Both the position numbers and the translations under genes were made by a program. A stretch of DNA of 61,667 nt from the UHGV virus genome UHGV-1383670; one strand, 5' to 3'. The stretch is from a virus. Of this stretch, positions 36,781 through 46,608 are shown one piece after another; within the stretch, counting starts at the first letter, position 1; every line of letters starts with the position of its first letter. The notes beneath the pieces were generated by a model, which searched no databases, was not told where the DNA came from, and saw only the letters and a list, made by a program, of their open reading frames with translations.

Positions 36781-39261
36781 ATGCAGTCGGGCTATCTCCC
36801 TGTGTCTCAGTATGACGCCGTTCACCACATCGGTAACGGCATCATGGAACGCCAGGTCAAACGGGCGGAGGAAACGCACGCCTGGGCCTTTGACGCGATG
36901 AGCTGGATCGAGCCGAACGAGCGCATCACCGCATGTGCCGCGCGCACCGAAGGCGGTCCATTGGTCATCACAAACCTGCAGTTTACGGACTCAGCTATCG
37001 TTATCTGGCTGGCCGGCGGTGGCGATGAGGTCCGCCAGGTAGTCTCCGTGGAGTTTTACACCAGCAAACTGCGACTACTGCAGTATCAGTTCGCCTGCTT
37101 TACGTACGGTACCGAGCCGATGATTGTGCGGGTAGAGCTGCTGGGGCCGCCTGTCGTCCTGGTAGGCTTCACGCACCCGGATAAACAGCCCGAACCCGTC
37201 CAGCTGCCGGAGATCAGTGTCACGCCTTCGGTGCTGGATTTCCCGCTGACCGGAGTGAACCAGGTATCGGCGCCGTTGTCGCTGACCATGCAGAATACGG
37301 GGCAGGTTCCCGTATTCCTGCGCTCCATCACTGTGGCCGGCGAGTTCCACCAGAAGAACGGCAGCGAAGAAATCCTGCAGCCAGGTGACGCATACCCCAT
37401 CGCGGTGACGTTCGCCCCGAAGGCTGCAGGAGAGTTCGCTGGCTCTATCTCCATCGACATCAACGACGGCGGCAGGCAGTACGCGACGTTCACCGGCACT
37501 GCTGAAATCGGCACGCGCATCACCACAAGCGGCAACCAGCTGATCACCGGCGCTGGCGAGAACTTCCGTCTGCGCTCTATCAACTGGTTCGGCGCCGAAA
37601 CTGACGTTTACGTGCCTCATGGACTTTGGGGGCGCGGCTATAAGTCCATCATCGACCAGATTAAGAGGATGGGCTTCAACTCCATTCGCCTGCCGCTGAG
37701 CGGCGATACTTTGACAGACGGCCGGGGCGTGTCTGCTGGCGCCATCAACTACGATCTGAACCCGGAACTGACCGGTAAGACCGCTATCGAGGTTCTGGCC
37801 ACCATCATCGCGTACTGCGCGGAAAAGGAAATTTACGTCATCCTGGACCACCACCGGCGCACTGCCGGCAGCGGGGCCGATGGTTCACCGGTCAGTGACA
37901 CCTATCCGCTGGCGACCTGGATCGCCAACTGGCAGGCGCTGGCGCTGCGGTTTGCTGACATCGAGTATGTGCTGGGCGCCGACCTGCATAACGAACCGTA
38001 CTCGCTCTCATGGCCCGTATGGGCGGATTACGCTGAGCAGTGCGGCAACGCCATCCACCAGCTTGCACCTCACTGGCTCATCTTTGTTGAGGGTGTTGGC
38101 TCATTCAACGGCGAAAGCTACTGGTGGGGCGGCCAGCTCGCCGGCGTGGCATCGCGGCCGGTGCGTCTCAACCAGGCGAACCGAGTCGTCTACTCACCGC
38201 ACGAATATGGCCAGTCCGTAGGTAATCAGTCCTGGCTTGCGTATGATGGCCAGCCGCTGCCGGCAAACTGGCCACTCAATCTCTATCAGGTATGGCGCGA
38301 CCATTGGGGCTTCATCGTCGAGAACGATATCGCACCGGTGTGGATTGGCGAGTTCGGCGGGAAATTCGGCACGAACGGTGCTGGCCAGCTGGGGATCGCC
38401 CCGCACGCTGAGTACGAGTGCCAGTGGCTCTATCACCTCGAACTGTATCTGAACGGTGACTTCAACGGGGACGGCGCGAAGGAGCTGCCGGCCGACAGCG
38501 CCGGAATCAGCTTCTGCTATTGGGCGTTCAACCCAAACAGCGGCGACACAGGCGGCATCGTCCAGGACGACTGGACGACCGCGCAGGCTTTCAAACTCAG
38601 ACTACTGGAACCCATTATGGCTGGTGTAGACCTCGATTATCTGACATCGCTCAACCCGATTTCAGCGTCGGAAATTGCCGATGCTGATCTGCTGCTGGTC
38701 AACCACAACGGCACCGACTACAGCCTGCGCGTCAGTGAGCTGATGGCGCTTACGCGCAACAAAACCTATGAGCCTGGCGTGGTTCACTGGTTCGCGACCA
38801 ACGTCAACCCGAACGCGAAATACAGCGGGCAGACCTGGATCCTCGTCCCTGGACTGGAGAAGACCGTACGCCTGGCGAAAGCGGACGGCAGCGACCTGCT
38901 GACCACCGGCGGTGCGGACAGCATCACTATCGGGAAGGACAACCTCCCGGCCGTGCAAATCCCCGTACACGGTACTGCCGAAAACAAAGACCTGGGTACG
39001 AAAACCACGTCCAACAACGGCCAGCATACCCACACCTGGGGTACAGGCGTGCAGAAACAGGGTGGCAGCGATAACCCCGTCGCCGGTTCTGCAGAGGGTG
39101 GGTTTGGCACAACGTCGGCGGCTGGTGCGCATGATCACACCGTCGAACTCGGCGCGCACGACCACACAGTAAGCGGTCAAACAGAGAACTTAGGTAGCGG
39201 TCAGTCCCTGGGCGTGAAGAACGCCTACGTTGTTCTGGCCGCCTGGTATCGCGTTTCTTAA
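36781..39261 (+). CDS. Tail spike/fibre with a glycoside-hydrolase family 5 (cellulase-like) domain and a C-terminal tail-collar-like His-rich region
   Basis: GH5 signatures ...IRLP..., LHNEP (acid/base) and IGEFGG (nucleophile). C-terminal HTHTW / AHDHTV repeats. Confidence 0.65.
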   Translation: MQSGYLPVSQYDAVHHIGNGIMERQVKRAEETHAWAFDAMSWIEPNERITACAARTEGGPLVITNLQFTDSAIVIWLAGGGDEVRQVVSVEFYTSKLRLLQYQFACFTYGTEPMIVRVELLGPPVVLVGFTHPDKQPEPVQLPEISVTPSVLDFPLTGVNQVSAPLSLTMQNTGQVPVFLRSITVAGEFHQKNGSEEILQPGDAYPIAVTFAPKAAGEFAGSISIDINDGGRQYATFTGTAEIGTRITTSGNQLITGAGENFRLRSINWFGAETDVYVPHGLWGRGYKSIIDQIKRMGFNSIRLPLSGDTLTDGRGVSAGAINYDLNPELTGKTAIEVLATIIAYCAEKEIYVILDHHRRTAGSGADGSPVSDTYPLATWIANWQALALRFADIEYVLGADLHNEPYSLSWPVWADYAEQCGNAIHQLAPHWLIFVEGVGSFNGESYWWGGQLAGVASRPVRLNQANRVVYSPHEYGQSVGNQSWLAYDGQPLPANWPLNLYQVWRDHWGFIVENDIAPVWIGEFGGKFGTNGAGQLGIAPHAEYECQWLYHLELYLNGDFNGDGAKELPADSAGISFCYWAFNPNSGDTGGIVQDDWTTAQAFKLRLLEPIMAGVDLDYLTSLNPISASEIADADLLLVNHNGTDYSLRVSELMALTRNKTYEPGVVHWFATNVNPNAKYSGQTWILVPGLEKTVRLAKADGSDLLTTGGADSITIGKDNLPAVQIPVHGTAENKDLGTKTTSNNGQHTHTWGTGVQKQGGSDNPVAGSAEGGFGTTSAAGAHDHTVELGAHDHTVSGQTENLGSGQSLGVKNAYVVLAAWYRVS

Positions 39262-39276
39262 AAGGGAATAAGATTT

Positions 39277-42200
39277 ATGAGCAACTTATCCGGCGCTACT
39301 ACTGCCGTCTTTATTGTCAGCCTTTCTGCAGCGCTGGAAACGCCTGTCACCGTAGCCTGGAAGACGAAGGACGGCACCGCGAAGGCTGGCACCGACTACG
39401 AGGCCGCGAGCGGTTCTGTCACCTTTGAACCTGGTGAAACCACCAAGCAGATCCAGGTTACCGTCTATGGTCGCGCAGAAGGTGACACGGAAACCCGCAC
39501 GTTCGGCATCGAGCTGTATCCGCCAGAGAACGCAATCCTGGACCAGACACTGACTGAAATTGACATTCTGGTCACTGACCAAGACGGTACAGCTATCACA
39601 TCGCTTGTCGTGGCTACCGGCCCTCGCGGGCTGAAAGGCGACCCGGGGCTAAGCTCTTACGAGCTGGCAAAACTGCAGGGCTATGAGGGGACACTGGAAG
39701 AGTACATCCAGCAGGAAACCGCTGCAGGGATATCAGCTGATCGGGCGGAAGATGAAGCCGACCGAGCAAAAAATGAAGCTGACCGCGCAGACGAAGCAGC
39801 TGGCAGGGCGGAAAACGTCTCGGATTCTGTCAACACGTTCAGTACAAAAGAGCTTGGTTTGGCCGGCACAACCAACGGCCAGACATTCAGGGTTCCTCAA
39901 GGTGTGGGAGCCGACCGATCTTTCATTTACTACGAAAATCGTGCTGGCGTAGCTTACGCCTCTGCTGAACAGCCTGGGAAGTCCCTTATCGACGCCGTAA
40001 ACGTCCGCATGGATGACGCGAATAAGCAGATAATTGCAAATACAGAAATTGCGAGCCTGTCTCTTTCTACATTCTCAACGTTTTCTGCCCCTGGAACCAT
40101 ACCAATCAGCGCAGGGGTGCCGACAGCCCTTAAAATTGATGCAGTGACTGCCAATCCGGTGGCTACGGACAAAGTATCGCTGACATATACGCAGGATGGT
40201 AAGACCAGAGAGCTAATCAGGATGAAGCCGTCCGAATATATCAGTGGTAGAACTCTGTATTCTCCGTATCGGAGAATCGATCTCTCCCGCATTACTCCTG
40301 CGAGCGTGGTGCTTGATGAGGTAAATTCAGTAGCGCGTGTAATCTATGACTCAACAGTTATTACGCTGCAGGGCGCATTCGCCAGCAGCACAAGGATGTC
40401 ATTATTTTCGCGCGATGATTTGTTTAAGCCTATTGTCGCGACAACTACCGATTATTCTTACACGGAGACTTGCTGTGGGTTGCGCGATGCCACAACTGCG
40501 CAGCTGACGATCCCATACAGCAAAATCACCGCCGCTGGCTACCCGGCGACAGTCGATGGCGTCAAAGATTATTTAGCCAAAGAATACTTGGTATTGGTTT
40601 TCGATTACTACACCAGCACAAACTATGTGGCTGAGTCCCCTATTGCCATTGCAGCTGACTTAACGGCAAGCGACGCCGTGCTGAACGCGCCTTCTGCTTC
40701 TTTCAGTTCGATAAGCGGTGATGTGCGGTACTGGAATGGAGTTACAAAAGACGACAAGGGCTATAATCCCTTCACGCGGTTTATTGCAGACGTTGTGAAC
40801 GATACTGCAAATTCATATACCGGCCTGGTTGAGCTGAAAATTTCATTCCCACAAGGCATGGTATATGGACATAACGGGATAAAAGTCTCTGATAGCGATG
40901 GCAATATTTATCAGGGGCAGTTCGCAGGCGAAGAGTTTGTGAACCTCCGCTTCCAGTCCAATGAAGGGTTCCATCCTGACGGTTCGTTTAAAACCGGTTC
41001 TGTGTGGATTTACGATACTATCGCGGCTGGCGTGAGAAAGAGCTACAACGTCGATGCTTACGGTTATAGCTACGACAAGACAAAATATCCAGATCTCGCT
41101 TACTACGCTAATATCGAGGCCAATAAACGGTATAATCTCACCGTTGGCGGACTCACGTACCGGTTTTCGTGGGGGGCGCATTATTACGGCCTTACGTCGA
41201 TTGATGCACTCCCCAACGATGACACCAATCGTGTGCGGGTAGGGATCAGCCCACAATATCGCTACTTAAACGACGGAAGCTCCGTGATCGAATATTTCAC
41301 GGAGAACGTCTCACTGAAGGTGGTGAACAGTGGGCCTTTATTTACCGAAGTTGAGCGAATTGCGTACAACGCGGGTAATGCAATTCTGGCCGCTGGTGTC
41401 TTGAAGGCAGTCACGAAATATCGAATCTTCAATACCGGGCAAGTGCTGGTGAAAAATACCATTACGGCCTTGCAGGAAATACCGGTAGGAAAGCTCTACG
41501 GCGCAACGGTTCCCGTCAACATGTATTATCAAGCGGGTGTTACTCCAGTCTTTTCATTTCAGTCGCCAGCTGCGATCACCGCCAGCAACCTTATTGGCAA
41601 CGGGAACTTCTCGATTGTCCCTACCATCGTGAATGGCGATATACACCGTGATGGTACGGCTGGTGGGCCGACCAGGCCGACGACTATCGGCATGACGAAT
41701 ACACCTGCACAAAACCTGATGGGTGTCACCGCTGGATGGGCATTTACCTCAACTACAGATTATTCACTGCTTAACTGGCCGGTGGAAAAAAACTGGACCT
41801 GGAGCGTCGAAATTTGGTTGAACGCCAATGAAACCGCCACAGACCACTTCGCCCTGGCAACAAAGGTGCTTAACCGACCTGTAGGCATGGCTGCGCAGGG
41901 ACAATTGCCAAACTTTGCTGTGAAGACGGCAGAGGATGATCTGTTGCTTTTCATGGAGGCAGTGGCAGACTTCTGGATGAACGGCGATACGTCTGGAATT
42001 GGAGGGATGACGCCACCATTTAACTTCAGCAACCCAAGCAACCTTACCCCCTTCGGTTATCTCGCATACAGGGAGCTGGTGAAGAAAAATGGCACTCTGG
42101 CGGCGCTCTTGCCTGCATTCACCAAATATCTCGATGTAAACTACAACGGCACCGGGCTGGGGGCTGCATACATTAGTGGAAGCCGCTCGATTGCGGACCT

Positions 42201-42999
42201 TGTTGCCACCGTGTTTAAGCCGCTATCGACATTTTATCGTGTGGCGGAGGCACTTGGTGAAACAGCGGTGACTAATGCCCTGAAGCCGTACATTGCCAGC
42301 GTCGCAGATGCTATGGTTACGACTGTCACAAATAAAGGTGGCATCACGAACTACTACACCGACTCGGGGACTGGGGCCACCAACATCAATGTTTACGGCC
42401 TGCTGACCGTCGCTCTCGCTATTCATGCAGGTATGGATACCACCGGCAGTTATCAGACATGCTACAACACCGTTATTGCGCTCATTACCGATAAGGCGGC
42501 AATATTCCGCTACGCTCCTAGCTTGCTCGATTCGCAGCCGATTACGACCAGCTTGTCCCGTAGTCGCTGGTATAACTACGATATGGACCTCGCTGCCGAG
42601 TACCTGATTATGAACGATATGCTTGGCGGTACCCCGGCTTTCAATAACATCACCTATGGCCTGCATGGCCTTTGCGGTGATGGACGAATTCGCACCATCG
42701 ACTACATCATTTCTGAGAGCCGCAGGGGGATCATTTCCACCCCGGTTAGCGTAGCGTTGGCTATGATGATGGTACGCAGGGTATCAACGGGTAATGCCGC
42801 GATGAAGTGTGTCAAAGCGTATCGTGAAGATTATATGGCCCAACCATATGCAGCTAGCCGGTTCTATGATCACTCACCTCGTTTATCAACCGGTATCCCG
42901 ACCACGGTTTCAAGTCATAACCGGGTTATTCTTGAGATGCTGGCAGGATATTTTGTCAATCAACTAGTAAAAGGTAAGTCAGTAGGTTCAAAACTCTGA
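39277..42999 (+). CDS. Large tail spike/fibre protein with an N-terminal Calx-beta-like domain and a short collagen-like GxxGxxG stretch
   Basis: SGSVTFEPGETTKQIQVTVYG..E..TF.IEL is a Calx-beta motif. GPRGLKGDPG. 1240 aa. Confidence 0.6.
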   Translation: MSNLSGATTAVFIVSLSAALETPVTVAWKTKDGTAKAGTDYEAASGSVTFEPGETTKQIQVTVYGRAEGDTETRTFGIELYPPENAILDQTLTEIDILVTDQDGTAITSLVVATGPRGLKGDPGLSSYELAKLQGYEGTLEEYIQQETAAGISADRAEDEADRAKNEADRADEAAGRAENVSDSVNTFSTKELGLAGTTNGQTFRVPQGVGADRSFIYYENRAGVAYASAEQPGKSLIDAVNVRMDDANKQIIANTEIASLSLSTFSTFSAPGTIPISAGVPTALKIDAVTANPVATDKVSLTYTQDGKTRELIRMKPSEYISGRTLYSPYRRIDLSRITPASVVLDEVNSVARVIYDSTVITLQGAFASSTRMSLFSRDDLFKPIVATTTDYSYTETCCGLRDATTAQLTIPYSKITAAGYPATVDGVKDYLAKEYLVLVFDYYTSTNYVAESPIAIAADLTASDAVLNAPSASFSSISGDVRYWNGVTKDDKGYNPFTRFIADVVNDTANSYTGLVELKISFPQGMVYGHNGIKVSDSDGNIYQGQFAGEEFVNLRFQSNEGFHPDGSFKTGSVWIYDTIAAGVRKSYNVDAYGYSYDKTKYPDLAYYANIEANKRYNLTVGGLTYRFSWGAHYYGLTSIDALPNDDTNRVRVGISPQYRYLNDGSSVIEYFTENVSLKVVNSGPLFTEVERIAYNAGNAILAAGVLKAVTKYRIFNTGQVLVKNTITALQEIPVGKLYGATVPVNMYYQAGVTPVFSFQSPAAITASNLIGNGNFSIVPTIVNGDIHRDGTAGGPTRPTTIGMTNTPAQNLMGVTAGWAFTSTTDYSLLNWPVEKNWTWSVEIWLNANETATDHFALATKVLNRPVGMAAQGQLPNFAVKTAEDDLLLFMEAVADFWMNGDTSGIGGMTPPFNFSNPSNLTPFGYLAYRELVKKNGTLAALLPAFTKYLDVNYNGTGLGAAYISGSRSIADLVATVFKPLSTFYRVAEALGETAVTNALKPYIASVADAMVTTVTNKGGITNYYTDSGTGATNINVYGLLTVALAIHAGMDTTGSYQTCYNTVIALITDKAAIFRYAPSLLDSQPITTSLSRSRWYNYDMDLAAEYLIMNDMLGGTPAFNNITYGLHGLCGDGRIRTIDYIISESRRGIISTPVSVALAMMMVRRVSTGNAAMKCVKAYREDYMAQPYAASRFYDHSPRLSTGIPTTVSSHNRVILEMLAGYFVNQLVKGKSVGSKL

Positions 43000-43007
43000 T
43001 ATAAGTA

Positions 43008-43032
43008 TTGTTCGTCCGGTGGATTTCCACCG
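43008..43032 (+). terminator. Hairpin / weak terminator after the tail gene
   Basis: tccggtgga-ttt-ccaccgga stem with a poor T-tract. Confidence 0.35.
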
Positions 43033-43070
43033 GACGCATCAAATTGACGTTAAAATATAAAGGAGTTTTT

Positions 43071-43298
43071 ATGGTAGCAGCAACCGCAGTAACCGTAGAC
43101 CCGATTGACGATCTGCCGCTGGACAACCTGCAGAACACCCTGGGCGCCATCTATGGGAAAGCTCAGTATGCAGCGACTGCAGCTGGTGACGCGAAAGGCC
43201 AGGCTCAGTGGGCCGCGAATGGTATCGGCTTCCTGGATTACCACCTGCGCCAGATCGCGGATAACATCGGGTACACTGTTCCTCCGATGCCGGCCTAA
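43071..43298 (+). CDS. Small hypothetical protein
   Basis: Strong RBS AAGGAG. 75 aa. Confidence 0.4.
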   Translation: MVAATAVTVDPIDDLPLDNLQNTLGAIYGKAQYAATAAGDAKGQAQWAANGIGFLDYHLRQIADNIGYTVPPMPA

Positions 43299-43321
43299 AG
43301 TTCAAAATGGATGTATGATTA

Positions 43322-43345
43322 AGCCCCGAAAGGGGCTTTTTCGTA
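43322..43345 (+). terminator. Rho-independent terminator
   Basis: agcccc-gaaa-ggggct followed by T5. Confidence 0.65.
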
Positions 43346-43360
43346 TGCGGAGCGGGGACT

Positions 43361-46240
43361 ATGACCAGAAAAGCAGTATTTACCGTGCGGCTGTCCCAGG
43401 CCAGCACACAGCAAGCACAAATCGACTATGTGACCGTTGACCTGACGGCCACGGCGCCGGACGACTATACAGCACAGCGCGGAACGCTTACCTTCCTGCC
43501 GGGAGAGACTGAAAAGCAAATCACCGTCAATGTGCGTGATGACCGGCCAGGCGAGCAGGCGCAGCGGTTCATGACCACGCTTTACCGCGCGCAAAATTGC
43601 ACGATCGTTGATTCAGACGGTATTGCGATTATTCCAGCCGGTTCGACCGATGGGCTGGGCGGCCCGCTTATCCTGCGCGGCCTGATGACCAACGCCTTTC
43701 ACAACGTTGAGGGGCGCGGCGGCTATTTCCACCACAATTCCGGCACCAGCGAAGGCCAGTCAATCGGTATCGAGGGATCGCTGCTGGCCAGCCAGGTACT
43801 GGCGAACGGCAACGCCGACGAGAAGGCTGCAGCTGAGTGGTATAAGGCGAACGGCCAGACGATGCTCGATGCGATGGGGAATGGTTCTCTTACCGGGCCG
43901 ATGCTGCGCCAGCAGATCCCCGACGATAAGAACACCATCACGCTGCTGCACTGGCTGTTTGCCGCGCGCGGCGATATCCCATCTCAGGCTATCAACTACT
44001 CTTTCCGCGCTACCAGGAACGGCAACAAGCTGTATATCCCTGCCAACGTGCCAGGGCATAAAGGCGCTGCTGACGTTTACCGCGTCTGGCAGATTTACCC
44101 GGCCAGCAGCTACCTGCTGTATCAGTCGCCTTACAGCCCGTCATATGACTCAGTAACGCCGGTGGCGGATACCAGCATCACGCTGGACAATGACGACTGG
44201 CGACTGGACGGCAGCACGGTTATCGTGACGATCCCCTCCGGGGCGCCGGCCGATGTCACCGACTGGTTTATCGTCTACGGCTACAACAACGCCGGCACTA
44301 TCAGCCAGGGCGAGGCCGAAGAGGCTTATCCCTGCTGGACGAAGATCGACCCGGGCTATTCAGCTTGTGCGCCAGATACCTTCCGCTGGTTCGAATACGC
44401 GATGACCCTGGCGATGGAGGTGGATACCCGCACCGGCATGGCCGCGCGCTGGCAGAAGCTGCGTGACGCGATGCGCCGCACTGTCGTGAAAGGGCAGGCT
44501 ATCAGCGACCTGCGCGAGATCATCAAGCCTATGCCGCAGTTCGACGCCATTCCGGCCAGGGGCGAGCCGTCCGGGATGTTCTGCTATTCGAACCATCCCC
44601 AGGCAACGCCACCAGGTCCGGGCGCGATCGGCGCCGGCGCTAATCCTGGATGGATTGGCTATAACTTCTGGTCCCGCGTGGGCGGAGCCGGCGGGACCGT
44701 GAAGCCTGGCGAGTTCACCTGGACGCCGGCGAACATGAGTGAAGCAGCTGCAGGGCGCAATTTCTTCAACGGGGCTATCCGGGCCGAGGTGCCGGCAGCG
44801 CCTTCCGTCTGCCAGGTGCAGATCGGTCGCGGTATCAATGACAGCTGGCGCACGGCTACCGACTACCAGGAAGCCGACCAGTTCATGTTCGTGGCGCTGT
44901 CGCTTTCCAGGCGGCCAAATCAGGCGCTGGGCGAGCGATGCTATGTCTTCATGTCCTCGACCAAATATTACGACGCCTCAACGCGCTGGTACGCGGATAT
45001 CGGCCAGGACGCGGCTCTGGTGCCTTCCACCAGCCCGGACAAGCCGAGCTATGTGCTCATCCCGCGCACCGCATTCCGCCGCAAGGATGGCGATAACAGC
45101 GTTCTGCCGGCTGGCCAGCGCTTTGAGAACTTCGGTATCTCGATGGAGATGCGCGACGCCTATCGCCTGCAGATCGTCGCAATGCGGCCGGTCAGCGGCG
45201 CCAGCGAGCAGTGGGTGCGCGACAACCTGGCGAAGGCGGTCCACGGCTCGCCTATGCCGTTCTTCCCCGGGGCGATGCCGTTTGCCATCAACGCCGATAC
45301 CGTGAAACAGCAGTTCGTCGGCTGGAACGGCTCACCTTTCCACGGCTACCAGCTGCCGGATCTGTGGTGGTTCCTGGCGGCCGATGCCGAGGCAGTACAC
45401 CCGGACCTTAACCCGACCGTCAACATGCCGGTGCCTGACCAGGTGACGGGCGCAATCCGCTACCCGATCTCTTTGAGTGCCAACGGTGTTGCTAAAACGA
45501 AAAATGCATTGCTGGCCGAGCAACAGCTACTATTCCTGAAACATGCACACGATAAGTGGATATCGGACGGCGGCGCCGCTGGTCCTTTCGCGCATACGTT
45601 CGTGATGAACACGCCGGCGCGCATCAGCATCGGGAACCCGACGCCGCACACCTGGGTGTACACTAACGATGACCCGAATACGCGCTGGGTGGGCTACCAG
45701 ACCCGCGTCGTGGAGAGCCTGGCGAAACTGGCCTGGCTGTCCCGCAGCGCGCCGGCGTGGGGAACCGCGCGAGGCCTGGCGTTTGACATGGCCATGAGCT
45801 GGATCGAGCGGATTAACGTCGTCTGGCCGAACCTGGACGGCTCTATCGCCGGTATGCCGACCGATTGGGATGACCCCCGCAAAGGTGCGCCGCAGACGCT
45901 GTACGAAGAGCCGCACGCCCCCGCGCTTATCCTGCGCGCCTGCCTGTGGCTGAAACTGTCCGGTTTGCTGTCCTCTGCGCAGCTGGCGACCGTTGAGGCG
46001 GTTGGCGGCCGCTGCTGGACCTACATCGAGAGCCGCTGGCGCACCGGGCAGACTGACGCGATGCGCCACACCTGGGCGAACGACAACCAGGAATGGTTTG
46101 GCTTCTGGCAGTTCGAGATCATCGCGACGATTGCCTACCTGCTGAAATACCCGGCGGGCATTCCTGGCAACATCAGCACAACAACCCTGAGAGAGCGCCT
46201 GGTGCAAACCAAGGGCTGGCTCGAAAACAACGTGAGGTAA
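43361..46240 (+). CDS. Large tail spike/fibre protein, paralogous N-terminal Calx-beta-like domain
   Basis: RGTLTFLPGETEKQITVNVRDD is a Calx-beta motif. 959 aa. Confidence 0.6.
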   Translation: MTRKAVFTVRLSQASTQQAQIDYVTVDLTATAPDDYTAQRGTLTFLPGETEKQITVNVRDDRPGEQAQRFMTTLYRAQNCTIVDSDGIAIIPAGSTDGLGGPLILRGLMTNAFHNVEGRGGYFHHNSGTSEGQSIGIEGSLLASQVLANGNADEKAAAEWYKANGQTMLDAMGNGSLTGPMLRQQIPDDKNTITLLHWLFAARGDIPSQAINYSFRATRNGNKLYIPANVPGHKGAADVYRVWQIYPASSYLLYQSPYSPSYDSVTPVADTSITLDNDDWRLDGSTVIVTIPSGAPADVTDWFIVYGYNNAGTISQGEAEEAYPCWTKIDPGYSACAPDTFRWFEYAMTLAMEVDTRTGMAARWQKLRDAMRRTVVKGQAISDLREIIKPMPQFDAIPARGEPSGMFCYSNHPQATPPGPGAIGAGANPGWIGYNFWSRVGGAGGTVKPGEFTWTPANMSEAAAGRNFFNGAIRAEVPAAPSVCQVQIGRGINDSWRTATDYQEADQFMFVALSLSRRPNQALGERCYVFMSSTKYYDASTRWYADIGQDAALVPSTSPDKPSYVLIPRTAFRRKDGDNSVLPAGQRFENFGISMEMRDAYRLQIVAMRPVSGASEQWVRDNLAKAVHGSPMPFFPGAMPFAINADTVKQQFVGWNGSPFHGYQLPDLWWFLAADAEAVHPDLNPTVNMPVPDQVTGAIRYPISLSANGVAKTKNALLAEQQLLFLKHAHDKWISDGGAAGPFAHTFVMNTPARISIGNPTPHTWVYTNDDPNTRWVGYQTRVVESLAKLAWLSRSAPAWGTARGLAFDMAMSWIERINVVWPNLDGSIAGMPTDWDDPRKGAPQTLYEEPHAPALILRACLWLKLSGLLSSAQLATVEAVGGRCWTYIESRWRTGQTDAMRHTWANDNQEWFGFWQFEIIATIAYLLKYPAGIPGNISTTTLRERLVQTKGWLENNVR

Positions 46241-46242
46241 CT

Positions 46243-46608
46243 ATGAGCCTGAAACTCACTAACAACGCCCGCAGCATTCTCGCTGTGTCCATCAGCGCCA
46301 GTGAAACCGTGGTCCGCGTGAAGGTTGGCCACGGCGTCAAGTTCCCGGTGCTGACCAATACGGATGACTGGTTCCCGCTGGCGCTGGAGGATGACTCCGG
46401 GAATATCGAGTATCTGCGCGCGACGGCCAGGGACGGGGACAGCATCACCGTGCAGCGGGGCGCCGAAGGATCCCAGGCCCGGGCGTTCACTGCCGGCGAC
46501 CTGTGTGAGCTGCGTCTGACCGCCGGCGCCATGGACGAGCTGCAGAACGGCGCACCAAGCCCGTCAGTGGTGGGTGCGACCATCAGCGATGCGGTGATCT
46601 CTTCATGA
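46243..46608 (+). CDS. Small structural protein
   Basis: ATG 2 nt after the upstream stop. Its own stop overlaps the next start. Confidence 0.45.
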   Translation: MSLKLTNNARSILAVSISASETVVRVKVGHGVKFPVLTNTDDWFPLALEDDSGNIEYLRATARDGDSITVQRGAEGSQARAFTAGDLCELRLTAGAMDELQNGAPSPSVVGATISDAVISS

